Assembly: GCF_006345805.1 (NCBI RefSeq)
Contig: NC_042997.1
Span: 172,050,001 to 172,114,000 of the forward strand
From: Octopus sinensis
Lineage: Eukaryota
DNA length: 64,000 nt
Direction: 5' to 3'
The position numbers were made by a program, and so were the translations under genes. The notes under the pieces were generated by a model. It saw only the letters and a program-made list of their open reading frames with translations. It had not been told where the DNA came from and made no database searches. This document shows, piece by piece, positions 36,431 through 50,407 of the stretch (positions are counted from its first letter, which is position 1; each line of letters starts with the position of its first letter).

Positions 36431-37174
36431 TAGTATTAGTAATAATTATTATGCTTAGCAAACTTCTGCTTATCTTATGCTCCAGCCCTACAACAGTTGG
36501 TCTCTCATCCATAATAGGGTCACGTCAGATGCCCAACAATATTTTGATATATTTATACATATATATAATAGCGTACATTTAAACACAAGAGAAGCTACCT
36601 TTAACAGGCAACTTTACATGCTAGAAGAAGTAGTCAAAATGACCAAAACTACACTTAAGAGCAATTTTGAAGGGAATGTAAAATAAAAACTTATACCTTG
36701 TTAATTTTTTAGTGTCATACCTAGGTTTCAAATTTTACTTAGCAAATAATATTTGCTAGGCGAAATTGTCATCAGTGACCGCGCCGTAGTATTAACATAT
36801 AATTTAGAGACAAATAACACATGTCTCATCATTATATATTATAATTTTTCAAATTCACTGCACAAGCGCAGTTTCAGTCGGCAGCAAATGAAAAAATGTC
36901 AAATTAATCTTCTGAAAATGTTAAAATCCTATACGTAAAATATATAGGGTAGCAAATTTTTTAGAAGTTTCACTACCAGTGGCCTAGCATGTATAGAAAG
37001 TCAATAGACAACATATTCTCAATATAAAATAGTGTACATTTAAACACAAGGGAAGCTACCTTTAACAGGCAGCTTTACACGCTAGAAGAAGCAGTCAAAA
37101 CAGCCAACACATATATATATACACATATAAATATATATATATATATATACATACTATATATAAGAGAGACATAA

Positions 37175-37217
37175 ATACGAGGAGAATAGATAGATAGATA
37201 GATAGAGATAGATAGAT

Positions 37218-37254
<37 letters not shown>

Positions 37255-37261
37255 TTAGATT

Positions 37262-37315
<54 letters not shown>

Positions 37316-37371
37316 CAGATAGACAGACAGATAGGTAGATAGATAGATAGATAGATCGATAGATAGATAGG

Positions 37372-37402
<31 letters not shown>
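37175..37402. repeat. (GATA)n microsatellite
   Basis: Seen directly; a second tract lies at 40268-40357. Confidence 0.95.
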
Positions 37403-37404
<2 letters not shown>

Positions 37405-37931
37405 GTTCATTAATGAAATGAAAGGCAAGAAAGTATGAAAATGAAAAGATGAAACGAAATGAAAGAAAATTGTGAGAGGTGATGTAGAAGAGTAATAAGT
37501 GCAAGAAATAGAAAGGTGATGGGATGCAAAGAAAAAGAAAAAGTAAGAAAGAGAAAAAACAGAAAAGAAAGAGTAAGAAAGCAAAAGAAAAAACTTCGAA
37601 AAAGGAGGAAAGATGACGTTTGTTCATTTTACATGACTTACACATTAAGGAAATATTGAAGAAATATTGAAGCAGAGAAATATAGATAATAATTCATCTA
37701 ATGGACATGTCTTGTTGATAAAAGAAACAGGAAACAGCCATCTCACAATTATCAATTTCTCACATTGAGGAGACACAGGCTCCTTAGACTGCAGTGTATG
37801 CAGCCTATCAAGGAGAATAGTGATTAATCTGTATGTGTGTGTGTTTGTCTCTCTCTGTCTCTCTCTCTCTCTCTCTGTTCCAGAAGTTTAGAGACATTTT
37901 TTCGGGAGACATTCATTACTTTCAAAGAAGT

Positions 37932-38304
37932 GGTGGTGGAAGCACTCTGTCGGTTACGACGACGAGGGTTCCGGTTGAGCCGAATCAACGGAACAGCCTG
38001 CTCGTGAAATTAACATGTAAGTGGCTGAGCACTCCACAGACATGTGTACCCTTAACGTAGTTCTCGGGGATATTCAGCATGACACAGAGAGTGACAAGGC
38101 CAGCCCTTTGAAATACAGGTACAACAGAAACAGGAAGTAAGAGTGAGAGAAAGTTGTGGTGAAAGAGTACAGCAGGGATCACCACCATCCCCTGCCAGAG
38201 CCTCGTTGAGCTTTAGGTGTTTTCGCTCAATAAACACTCACAACGCCCGGTCTGGGAATCGAAACCGCGAGTCCGCTGCCCTAACCATTGGGCCATTGCG
38301 CCTC
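37932..38304 (-). mobile_element. tRNA-derived SINE (family D) with 13-bp TSD
   Basis: TSD ctttcaaagaagt at 37919-37931 and 38305-38317; reverse-complement head ggaggcgcaatggcccaatggttagggcagcggactcgcggtttcgattccc. Confidence 0.9.
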
Positions 38305-38595
38305 CTTTCAAAGAAGTACAAGACTCTCTAATCACCTTCAAAGTAAGACCCTCTGACTTCAATGCATTTGATGCAGCCCTCCAGCCGTTTCATGAAGACG
38401 CTATGGAAGACCTCCAGAGTGTAAGTGTCCACAGCCCTTGTTATTACAGGTGCCGTGCTGTCACAGACATCCAGGACTCTCCTTTAGTCTTCTCCTGCAG
38501 CTTGTAGAACAACCAATAGCCACAGGAAGTAAGGTCCAAATTGTAAAGAGGGGGAGAGATAGTTTTGATGCCCATCTCTGTCAAATTGTTTATTA

Positions 38596-38842
38596 AATAA
38601 AATAAATGTGCCCTTTTAAAGCTTAGCCAGGCTCATGGGCCCGGTTTCCTGGTTTCTATGGCATATGTGTTCCCCAGCCAGTCCATCGCAGCGTTACTCA
38701 TTTTTGCCAGCTGAGTGAACTGGAGCAACGTGAAATGAAGTGTTTTGCTCAAGAACACAATGCGTCGCCCGGTCCAGGAATCGAAACCACAATCTTACGA
38801 TCATGGTACTGACACCCTAACCATGAAGCTACATGCCTCCAC
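38596..38842 (-). mobile_element. tRNA-derived SINE with 14-bp TSD
   Basis: TSD caaattgtttatta at 38582-38595 and 38843-38856. Confidence 0.9.
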
Positions 38843-39149
38843 CAAATTGTTTATTACTCAGATGAAATTGTGAACTGGTGCATTATCAAGGCACAAATGC
38901 TCTGGACTTCGGTGATGAAATCTCTTCCTGAAATCCCTCAAAACCTCCACAAAGTACTCTTTGTTGACCATTTGGACAGAGGAAACCCAATGGATATAGA
39001 TGATACTCTTGCTGTCAAAAAAGGGCTTCATCATAAGCTTTCCAGTGGAATTGCTTTGCCTGGCCCTTTACTGACGTTTCAGGATCTGCACCTTTTGTAG
39101 AAAGGCTTTCTTACTCTTTACAGAAATTGAATATATCAGTCTCATCTAT

Positions 39150-39470
39150 ATAGGACCCTCTTTGGTCATGAATGACCATGAAATTGTACCTAGAAAATTC
39201 CTCTCCAAAGCACAAATTGGGCAAGGTTGTTTGTGGAAGACCAGCAGTCACCCATGCATACCAGCCTCCTTTCTCCGATGTCATCCAAGGCAAAGCCCAA
39301 TACAGCTTGGCACCAGTGATGTCGCAACTCATTTCTACAGCTGAGTGAACTGGAGCAACACAAAATAAAGAGTCTCGCTGAAGAACACAACACACAGCCC
39401 AGTCCAGGAATTGAACTCACTACCTCGTGATTGTGAGCCCGATGCTCTAACCACCGAGTCATGTGCCTAT
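39150..39470 (-). mobile_element. SINE family B
   Basis: Reverse complement of the 20425-20740 type. Confidence 0.75.
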
Positions 39471-40161
39471 ATACACAGCGTATTGGTAGGCAAGTGGAGA
39501 TAAATGATACTGCCATCGATGCCTTTCCACATGTCGCGTTGATAAAAGATAGACTGGCAGTGATCTCAGAATTATTGATCTCACTTCATAAAAACAAATA
39601 TTTGAGAAGGCTAGTGCAGAAATGGACTTCAATGTTGTGACATTATTACTTTTCTAACTACCATCTTACTTTAATGGAGAACCATAACCAAATAACAGGC
39701 TTAATCAACTGAGTCTTTAATTAAAACTCTGAGTAACAAACTATTAATTTTGTTTTTATTAACTAATTAAGCTCAATGTTGCAAGTCTATAAACAAGTGC
39801 AATGACATATTAAAGTATTCCTGTCTTCTTCATGCATCAGCTCTCTTTCATACTCACTATCTCTTTCTTTCTCAGACATGCCATGGCTTATATTCTCTCT
39901 CTCATACAAACACATGTATATGTCATTGCCATGTCTTTCTCTCTCTCTTCTGTTCACAGCAACACACACACACACACGCTCACATACACACGCATTCTCT
40001 CTGTCTCTCTCTCTCTCTTGCTCTCTATCTCTCTCTCTCTCATCTACCAACTTCAAAGATCTGTGAAATTTTCTTTTATCTCTTTCAACATTTTCTTACT
40101 TCCAAACTTCCAAACTGTTTCTCTCTTAAGAATATTTTACTTTGACACATGATCATCAAAT

Positions 40162-40209
<48 letters not shown>

Positions 40210-40267
40210 TGTACATACAAACATATGTATATATATATAAATACATATACATGATGTGTGTCTGTAT

Positions 40268-40358
<91 letters not shown>

Positions 40359-40727
40359 TACATGCATATATAATTACAGTGATAATGAGGCCAGATTAGT
40401 TACAAAGAATGATCAGTTGCACAAATTTTGGATATTAAAGATGAAGAAAGATATTCTAAATATCATACAAGAAGATAGACTCTTGATTTATTAAAACTAT
40501 GTTCACATCAAGAGAAAGCAAACACCCACTCATCACCAACTGCCATTGACTCTGAATAAGGAAGGGAGATAACCTTGAGAACTTAATTTTTCTGAATTAA
40601 CATGCCATTAAGAGAATAGCATTTTTTAAAACTAAAAATAAGAAGACAGCTGTGAACATGTGTTTCTGCCTCAATAGGCATTATCAACACAGCATTGTGT
40701 TATCTTGATTCCAGCTGAACAGTCATA

Positions 40728-42018
40728 TATCAGGTTATCCCGTAAGTTCCGTCCAAATTTTGAATAAAGAAAGCAAGTGTTCAAATGTTATATTTAATTG
40801 AAATTTAATCATCAATGTACTTTCCTTGATTATCTATGACTTCCTTCCATCTATTTACAAGCTTTTTAATCCCATCAATGTAAAACTCTTTTGGTTTCTG
40901 AGCGAAGAACTCTGAAATGTCAGTTTCAACCTCCTCCTAGCTTGCGAAAGTTATGTCCGCTAAATGATTCTGTAAACTATGAAACAAATGGTAGTCTGAA
41001 GGAGCAAGGTTGGGAGAATAAGGTGGATGAGGAATCTTTTCCCAACCAAGCTCTTCGATCTTCTGTGATGTGATCTTTGTAGTGTGAGGTCGCGCATTGT
41101 CCTGATGAAACATCACTGCTTTTCGATTCATTAAAGCAGGTCTTTCTTTCTTCAAAGCTTAGTTCAAATGCTCTAATTGCTGACAGTAGACTTGAGCATT
41201 AATTGTTGCATTAGGTGGTAACAATTCATAGTGAATTACTCCTTTGCAATCCCACCAGATAGAGAGAAGAACTTTTTCCCATGAAGTTCTCTTCTCGGTT
41301 GTGATTGAGCTTTTTCCCTTTTATCAAGCCACTGTTTACGACATTTAACATTTCGATAAAAGATTCATTTTTCATCACCAATCATAAGTTTATCCAAAAA
41401 GGGTGAAATGAGTTTGCAAGAATGGAGAGAAGAGCAGATGTCAACTCAGGATTTATTGTTTGCTTTCGGACAATTCATGTGGCACCCATTTTCAAAGTTT
41501 AGAAATCTTTCCAAGTTGTTGAAGATGATGATGAACAGTTGTATGGTTTGAACTAAGCTTTATTATCAATTCTTCAACTGATAATGCAGGATTTTCTTCA
41601 AGTAATGCCTCAGGAGCTTATCATGAAACTCAACTGGACGTCCTGTTCGATCTTCATCTTCAAGGCTGAAATCTACACTTCTGAATTTTGCAAACCATCT
41701 TCTGCAAGTTCTTTCATTCAAGCATTCTTTCCCATAAGCTGAGTGTATGTTTCGAGTCACTTTAGCTGCAGAGTTTCATTTTTTATACTCATAAAACCAT
41801 TATGTGCCTCAAATGCTCTTTGGATACTTCCATGTTAGAAAGGGTTTTAATCAAAGAAATTTTAATTCTATTATTCTGTAAAATAATATTTAATTAGTTT
41901 GAATGTACACAAATGCATAGAAATAATTTTTAATTCCATTAGACATTCTAAAATACTATTAAATTTCATTCAATTTAAAAAAAGGTAAAATCGAAAGAAC
42001 TTATGGGATGACCTGATA
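40728..42018 (-). mobile_element. Full-length degenerate mariner (DD34D-type) transposon, 1.29 kb
   Basis: TA + TIR tcaggttatcccgtaagttc at left, gaacttatgggatgacctga + TA at right. Transposase fragments: MEVSKEHLRHIM; TCRRWFAKFRSVDFSLEDEDRTGRP; FHQDNARPHT...HPPYSPNLAPSDYHLF. Confidence 0.92.
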
Positions 42019-42585
42019 CTTAAGGAGTCCACTTTGGAATCATGTGGCTCTAGTTTCAATCCTACCACACAACTCCATGAGAAAGTGTTATTTACTTGTA
42101 GTCTCAGTTTGATTTGTAGTCTTGATAGAATTTGTTAGTTGGAAACTGTATAGAAGCCCCCTACATCCCATATGTGTATGTTTATATATATATATCATCA
42201 TCATCATCATCATCGTTTAACGTCCGTTCTCCATGCTAGCATGGGTTGGACGGTTCGACCGGGGATCTGGAAAGCCAGAAGGCTGCACCAGGCTCCAGTC
42301 TTATCTGGCAGTGTTTCTACAGCTGGATTCCCTTCCTAACGCCATATATATATGTATGTATGTATTCATACGTAGGGGACTCTAAATAGAATAGAGGTAG
42401 TACCTTTGCTGTCTAGTAGCTGCATCTTGCCAGGAAGGGTCAAGTGGACAGGTTTTAATTTCACTGGCTCACAAAGGGCAGCAATAGACCCAAGAGAAGT
42501 GATGAAATCTGGTTGGGACATCATCAACAAATGCCCCAACAACAAGGGATAGGAAGGAAGGATATATATATATACATATACATAT

Positions 42586-42965
<380 letters not shown>

Positions 42966-43129
42966 AATGGTATTTATCGTTTTATATATATATATATATA
43001 TATATATACACAAACACACATATATATATATGTATATTTATGTATGTGTATGTGTGTATATCTATGTTGTGTGTGTGTGTGTGTGTGTGTGTGCATTGTT
43101 TGTGCATTGTGTGTGTGCGTTTTGAGTAT

Positions 43130-43490
43130 CTGGGTCTATGTATGTGCTTGTGTTAGCTCCAAATGAATACAGAAAAAGCAGACATGATAAGACTGCTGCC
43201 ACAATACGGTGGAATTTTTGCAGGAAATCTGATTTTGTGAGAATTGAAATGTAATCACTTAAATGATGAAATGAGGTTGTTGCTGGACTTTGCAAGAATA
43301 GAACACAGCAAACTGGATATTGTTGTCAAAGACAAGAAAAATAAACTATGCACTATAATTAATGTGGCTTGGCTATTTCACATTAGAGTAAAAAGATATG
43401 AAAAAGAAAAAGCAGAACTTTATATTGACGAGATGAATGAAATCCTCAAGTCCTGGTACAAAGAAGTTAACAAGATCTCAATTTGATAAG
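43130..43490 (+). mobile_element. Degenerate 3' fragment of a LINE with restriction-like endonuclease (R4/Dong/NeSL group)
   Basis: LAPNEYRKSRHDKTAATIRW, then SKLDIVVKDKKNKLCTIINVA...EKEK, a decayed PD..D-type motif. Confidence 0.6.
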
Positions 43491-44319
43491 GTTATCTCTA
43501 CAGATATTCTATAGAAATTATAACCAGCACTGACTTTTGTAAATACATTTCATATATGAGACACGAGATGTAAACAAACAATGAGATCAAAGATGAAAAA
43601 TGGATAATGAGACGAAAAATGCCATATTTCAGGAGTATTTTGTCTTTCATCAGCTCCCGTCTAACCCATTTATCATATTCGAACACATTGCTTAAATAGC
43701 TACTATATATAGCAGTGTATAGTTATTAGACATCAATTTACATATTAAACACATTCCTGGAAGCTAGTACATAAGTACTAATGACTTGTAAGTACATAGT
43801 TTTTCCTTATGCAATCATAATATTCTATAAATTATATTAAATGTTTTATAAGTCTTATAAAAACGTTTAATATTCTTTATAGGTTGCATAACGAAATATC
43901 ACATACCTACAAGTCATTAGTATTAACAAGCTCATAATACTGATAATTATTATTGGGAATCTTGGAAACGGTGACAAAAAAATCTGGGAATAAAACTTGT
44001 AGAGCTTCATCTCAACCTGGGATCAATGCAGTGCAAAAAACCTGTTTGTTAGATTCAGCAAGAATAATCTGTTGAGTACTCGAAACTGTTAAGTAAAAAC
44101 GGATATGAAGAATAAGGGAAAAATTTGTGTAAAAGAAAGAATGAAATATTTTTCATCTTAGAACACAAGACGCAATTTGACAGGAAACAATTAAACCAGA
44201 GTAAGCAATTATTCAATGTATAAATATAAGAATATAATGCCACACACATCTCAAGAAGATGGAGACGCACCAGTTGATGAGGCTGAAACTCATATGAAAC
44301 CACCAAAAAAAAAAACCTC

Positions 44320-44351
<32 letters not shown>

Positions 44352-44532
44352 CGTCTGGCACCTGTGTCAGTGGCACATAAAATCACCCACTACACTCTCG
44401 GAGTGGTTGGCGTTAGGAAGGGCATCCAGCTGTAGAAACACTGCCAGATCTGACTGGCCTGGTGCAGCCTTCGGGCTCCCCAGACACCAGTTGAACCGTC
44501 CAACCCATGCTAGCATGGAGAGCGGACGTTAA

Positions 44533-44587
<55 letters not shown>

Positions 44588-44655
44588 CGATGATAATGAT
44601 AATAATGATGATGATGATGACAATAACAATAATAATAATAATAATAATAATAATG

Positions 44656-44698
<43 letters not shown>

Positions 44699-45225
44699 GG
44701 TCACAGAAGGTCACAGAATAATAAGGTCACAAAAGGTCACAGAAAACGAGAAAGCAACCATACTCTGGGATATGCCGATACACACAGATAGAGAAATTAA
44801 GGCCAACAGACCAGATATAGTTGTCAGAGACCATGAAGAAAAAAAATGCTTTCTAATTGATGTATCAATACCGGCTGATGATAACGTGTCTCTAAAAGAA
44901 ATGGAGAAACTCTCAAAATACAAAGACCTGGAAATAGAGATAACTAGAATGTGGAACCTGAAAACAGAAACAATTCCTATCATAGTAGGTGCATTAGGCA
45001 TGATAAAAAAATATTCAGACAAATACATAACAAAAACACCAGGACTTACAAACACATATAACATACAGAAAATTGCACTACTAGGCACTGCACACATCCT
45101 ACGCAGAACACTTTCCATACAATAACCATCAGAGCATCACAACAAATCACAGCACATACCCAAGGCACACAGAGCTGCGCTCGGTAGTGAAGTGAAAGCA
45201 CGCTATAAAAATAAAATTACTGAAT
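44699..45225 (+). mobile_element. 5'-truncated R4/Dong-type LINE end (RLE domain plus 3'UTR) embedded in (TAA)n
   Basis: ATILWDMPIHTDREIKANRPDIVVRDHEEKKCFLIDVSIP...EKLSKYKDLEIEITRMW...IVGALG...QKIALLGTAHILRRTL*; TAA tracts on both sides. Confidence 0.88.
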
Positions 45226-45238
45226 AATAATAATAATA

Positions 45239-45280
<42 letters not shown>

Positions 45281-45344
45281 TGATGATAATGATAATAATG
45301 ATGATGATGATGACAATACAATAATAATAATAATTATAACAATG

Positions 45345-45393
<49 letters not shown>

Positions 45394-45461
45394 TAAAGAT
45401 AATAATGATAATAATGATGATGATGATGACAATAACAATAATAATAATAATTATAATAATG

Positions 45462-45574
<113 letters not shown>

Positions 45575-45814
45575 CCTTTCTACTAAAGCTGGGAGAGGAT
45601 TAGTCAATTACATCAACTGCAATGATCAACTGGTACTTAATTTATTGACCCCGAAAGGATGAAAGGCAAAGCGGAATTTGAACTCAGAACGCACAAATGG
45701 ACAAAATGCCACAAAGCATTTTGCCTGTTATGCTAGTGATTCTGCCAGTTCATTGCTTTGATAATAATGATGATGATGATAATGGTGGTGGTGGTGGTGA
45801 TGATGATAAGGCAA

Positions 45815-46020
45815 CAAGAGGAATATAAAGGAGATTGGAATAGAGTGCTCAGTAGAACTGTTACAAAAGGTTTGGCTCCTTGGCACAGCCAGAGTAATTA
45901 GGAAAGTATTAGCTGAAAAGAACAGATAGCGTGGTACCATAGGCTGGAGACAGCAAGTCTGTTATGCTTGCATGACTCCAGGAGTTCCAACAAAACCTGT
46001 GATCAAAAGAAATAACAATA
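45815..46020 (+). mobile_element. Second RLE-LINE extreme 3' fragment with (TAA)n tail
   Basis: IGIECSVELLQKVWLLGTARVIRKVL, then a short UTR and (TAA)n. Confidence 0.7.
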
Positions 46021-46029
46021 ATAATATTG

Positions 46030-46087
<58 letters not shown>

Positions 46088-46266
46088 GAACATTGAGAAG
46101 AGCACTGTCGATGTGAGAACTATTACTACCCATATATTTTAATTTAACTTTATTTCTATCAAAAAAAAAATGGTCTACCAATGTATACAATGAGTTTCTT
46201 TGCCCTAGGAGTCGGGAAGACACTCGGCAAGAAATGGAAGCAAATTTGAAAGAAGAAGAAAAACCC

Positions 46267-46331
<65 letters not shown>

Positions 46332-46639
46332 GTATGGTGAAGTGGAGGATGGACAGTATATGGAAGAAGTTTAGGAACATTAGAAATCAGGACAGGCATC
46401 TTCCAAGGGTTAGGGTTAGCGTTAGCCTGTCCACACTGATCTTTGTACTGAGCATTATACAGCTAACACTGATTCTGAGTTGATTATATTGATTGGTACT
46501 TAATTTATTAACCATGAAAGGATTAAAGGCAAAGCTGACTTCAGCAGAATGTGAATTCAGAATATGCAGCTGGACAAAATGCCACTAAGCATTTTTCCTG
46601 GCATGCTAATAATTCTGCTAGCTTGCTGCCTTAATAATA

Positions 46640-46860
46640 ATAATATGGGGACCCGAGAACTGAGATCGCTAAGGTGTGGCAGCTATGAGAGTCAAACATA
46701 AAGGTTATCCCTATTGTCATCGGAGCATTAGATTCAATACCACCCAATCTGAAAAAACATCTGTAAACTTTAGAAATACCCAACAATCTAGATGTATTGC
46801 AAAAGTCAGCATTACTTGGAACTGCACTTATATTGCACTTATACTGCTTGTCTGAGGTCC
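46640..46860 (+). mobile_element. Third RLE-LINE 3' fragment following (TAA)n
   Basis: TEIAKVWQL*ESNIKVIPIVIGALDSIPPNLKKHL*TLEIPNNLDVLQKSALLGTALIL. Confidence 0.75.
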
Positions 46861-47169
46861 TTGTTCTGATCATTTTGCTTAATGTACTAACATTTCTGCC
46901 AGCTCACTGCCCTAGAATTTGAACCTAGAATGTTAAGATAAATGAAATGCCAATAAGCATTTTGCCCAGCATGGCAAAGATTTTGTCAGCTCATTTTAAC
47001 TGTATTAATAATGATAATAATAATAATATTTAATTATCTTATTGACCACAAGGGCTCACATACAAAACATTAAAAGACATGCAACAGCATAAAAGACAAA
47101 AACAGGACGATGCAGTGGGTTTTTGCATGTATACAATGTAATAACAAAGGAAGTGGAACAAATTAAACT

Positions 47170-47930
47170 TCCAGTAGGGGAGGCACTTTAAGGTCCTTGT
47201 GGAAAAACTCACAAAAGCCATGGGTGCCTGAAAAACAGGGTAAGAACCCTTCTCTTTTTTTTTTACAGGTGTACATTCAGAACTGGTCCTTTCACACTGG
47301 CCATTCTTCCAACATTCACCTACCTTTCAACAAATTTGCTACAAGGCAACACTTCCCTCTTCACCCTCAACTTCCTTTGGCCAAAGAGGAAAGTATCTGT
47401 CTTTAGCCCTTTCAAACCGGTCCACCATACTACCTCTTTTGCTACAGCCACTAAACAAATAAAAATTGCTTGCCTCTGCCAGCCAAAGGAGGGTGGCGGG
47501 GCAATCTTCATAACCGATTCAGCAGATAACCGGATTCATCCCACATGTGACAGCAGGTGTTTGACATAAACCCACAGGTCAGCAATCCTTGGGCACTGAA
47601 TCAGGGCATGCAAAATAATTTCATCATTCTGGGCACACCTCGGGCAGGCCCAGCTGATGGCACTTCTGTGCCTGTGAAGTTTATCCTGAACAGGCAGCAC
47701 CCCATGGTAGCACTGCCAGGCAAGGGACAACAGTCAAGCAGTAATAGATGATGGATATGATGTACACATTCACCACCTCTGCTCGACCTTTCAGAGACAG
47801 CTTCTACTCAGCCTATTTCTGGATGAGATGCACTACCCTGCTCATCACCTCATCCCAGTTTTTCTCCACCTGCAAGTCCAGACCAAACCAGGCTCTGAGC
47901 AACTTAACGGGACCGTCTGTCCAGCACCCT
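47170..47930 (-). mobile_element. Tx1/L1-clade LINE 3' fragment (zf-RVT-like C-terminal domain)
   Basis: AWQCYHGVLPVQDKLHRH...CPRCAQNDEIILHALIQCPRIADLW (CCHC), then AKEVVWWT and an A-rich run at ~47256. Confidence 0.75.
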
Positions 47931-47974
47931 AATAATAATAATAATAATAATAAGCAAAATAAGCTGTGAGTTTT

Positions 47975-48011
<37 letters not shown>

Positions 48012-48653
48012 GAAGAAGAAGAAGAAGAAGAACAACAACAACAACAATAACAACAACAACAACAACAAAAACAATAACAACAACAGCAATAATAATTATA
48101 ATTTCTCATATTAAAGCTCAAATCTCAAATAATGATTTCTACATATTAGCATTCATTCTTCTTCTTTTTCTTCCTCTTCTTCACATCATCATCATCATCA
48201 GCATCATCATCATCATCATCATCATCATCATTATTATTATTATTGTTGTTGTTGTTGTTGTTGTTATTTTTGTTATCGTTTATATATTTATTTATTTGCC
48301 ATGAATAAATCAATATCATGAAGTGATTGATAAATAATTTGTTTCAACATTAATTTCTCTCCTTCTACCATTAACCCTCTGGCCATTGTTTGTTTGTTGA
48401 CATAAATTTCCTCATTATTTTCTTTATATTCCAAAGTAATATTCCTCACCAGTAATTTTCCATTGTGATCATCACCTTCCCTATTGGGTCAGCAAATAGA
48501 TATTGTGTATGGTGGCACTGATTTCCTCTGATTAATCTTCTCTCATTATCACTGATCTTTACTGGAAGATGCAGTTTTAAGGCTTTGCACACATATCATA
48601 CATGTAAGTATATACACATACATACATAAATGTGAGTGTGTATATCTATATTG

Positions 48654-48688
<35 letters not shown>

Positions 48689-48997
48689 ATAATAATGAAA
48701 TGAAATTATTGTATACAGTGCTAAGGTGTGTATATACACACACATACAAATATATATATATATATACACATACACACACACACATACATGTGTGTGTGTG
48801 TTTAATATACATAGGTATGGTGATGCAAACAGAAAAATAGAACTGAGTACATGAGCATATATGTTCTTTTATCATTGATAAACCAGTTTCATGAGTTTGA
48901 TAAGTGCCAGTGCACAAATCTCTCAGTTCTGGAGCCTTTCAGTAACTTGATGATGATGATGATATATATCTACATACACACACACACACATATATAT

Positions 48998-49225
48998 AGC
49001 TCCTGTGCTGGTGGCACATGAAAAGCATCATTCAAGCATTGTCGATGCCAGCGCTGCTGCCTGACTGACCCCCATGCCAGTGGAACATAAAAAGCAGCCA
49101 CTACACTCTCGGAATGGTTGGCATTAGGAAGGGTATCCAGCTGTAGAAACCATGTCAGATCAGATTGAACCTGGTGCAGCCTCCTGGCTTGCCAGTAAAA
49201 CCGTCCAACCCATGTCAACATGGGA
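48998..49225 (+). mobile_element. RTE 3'UTR fragment (array units and core, tail lost)
   Basis: gctcctgtgctggtggcacatgaaaagc...ctacactctcggaatggttggcattagg. Confidence 0.75.
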
Positions 49226-49457
49226 AAGCGGAAAAAGACAACCCAGAAGAGTTGCAGGAGATTCTGAAGTCATCTGGGGGCCATGGTTGAAGCTAATGCC
49301 GATTTTATAGAATAAATTTCTTCTTTAGTATTTCAAGATATTTTTATGAAATTTTGGTAAATATATCTGTTAAAATGAGATGTTAGTGTCATTTTCATTT
49401 TTGCATAATTTAGACAACAATTTATTCACCGCACCCTGTATATATATATACATGCAC

Positions 49458-49506
<49 letters not shown>

Positions 49507-50105
49507 TGCATACATATATATATATATATATATATAAATGAGTGACGAGGATGTAAAGTTGCACACCTGTACATCTTCATAACTTATTTATATTTAATTC
49601 ACCTACCTTGGCGAACACACACATACTTTGCCATAATACTACCTGGATTTACCTTGGATTTTACCTAAGGACATACAGAATAACATCCATACCCTCTGAA
49701 AAATGAGCTGTGTATTTCCTTATTTCCTTACTCTCTACTCTTCAATATCATTGCTTATTATCTGTGAATTTTCCATGTCTAGATCTTTCATATATTTCCT
49801 ACTTATCTGATAACAGAATAGCCCATATTCAGGCATATTTGCCTATCTGTTGGGATATCCCAGAAACAGCTGTAAAACCTCAACTAATTTAAGAATAATA
49901 TAAAATAATGTATATAAACTGAGATTCTTGTTATACCTCAGTGTTTGTTGTCCTCTTTCACAAATATATATCTGCTACATCAGAAACCTTAAATGGATCC
50001 ATAGCTCCCATCTCTGTTACGAGCTTGGAACCCTGATAATCCATTACAGCACTTACCCAGCATACCTATTCATTTAGATCACCAGTGAACTAAATCCCCA
50101 TATTT

Positions 50106-50165
<60 letters not shown>

Positions 50166-50407
50166 TCGTAACAGAGATGGGAGCTATGGATCCATTTAAG
50201 GTTTCTGATGTAGCAGATATATATATATGCTTTTTATGTTCCACTGGCATGGGGGTCAGTCAGGCAGCAGCGCTGGCATCGACAATGCTTGAATGATGCT
50301 TTTCATGTGCCACCAGCACAGGAGCTATATATATGTGTGTGTGTGTATGCTCATGTACTCAGTTCTATTATAACAAGAATCTCAGTTATATATATATATA
50401 TATATAA

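Larger units (their letters stand above)
37884..39110 (-). mobile_element. Mariner transposase 3' fragment interrupted by two SINEs
   Basis: After removing the SINEs the minus strand reads KARQSNSTGKLMMKPFFDSKSIIYIHWV...VNKEYFVEVLRDFRKRF...DNAPVHN...NNLTEMGIKTI...DTYTLEVFHSVFMKRLEGCIKCIEVRGSYFEGD*. Confidence 0.8.

Noticed and set aside
37884-38420. Apparent host exon disrupted by a SINE: polypyrimidine tract and CAG acceptor, a 151-bp open frame after SINE removal, and a GTAAGT donor
   Set aside because: The opposite strand encodes a recognisable mariner C-terminus (...KCIEVRGSYFEGD*) that continues across the next SINE, so the splice-like signals are coincidental.
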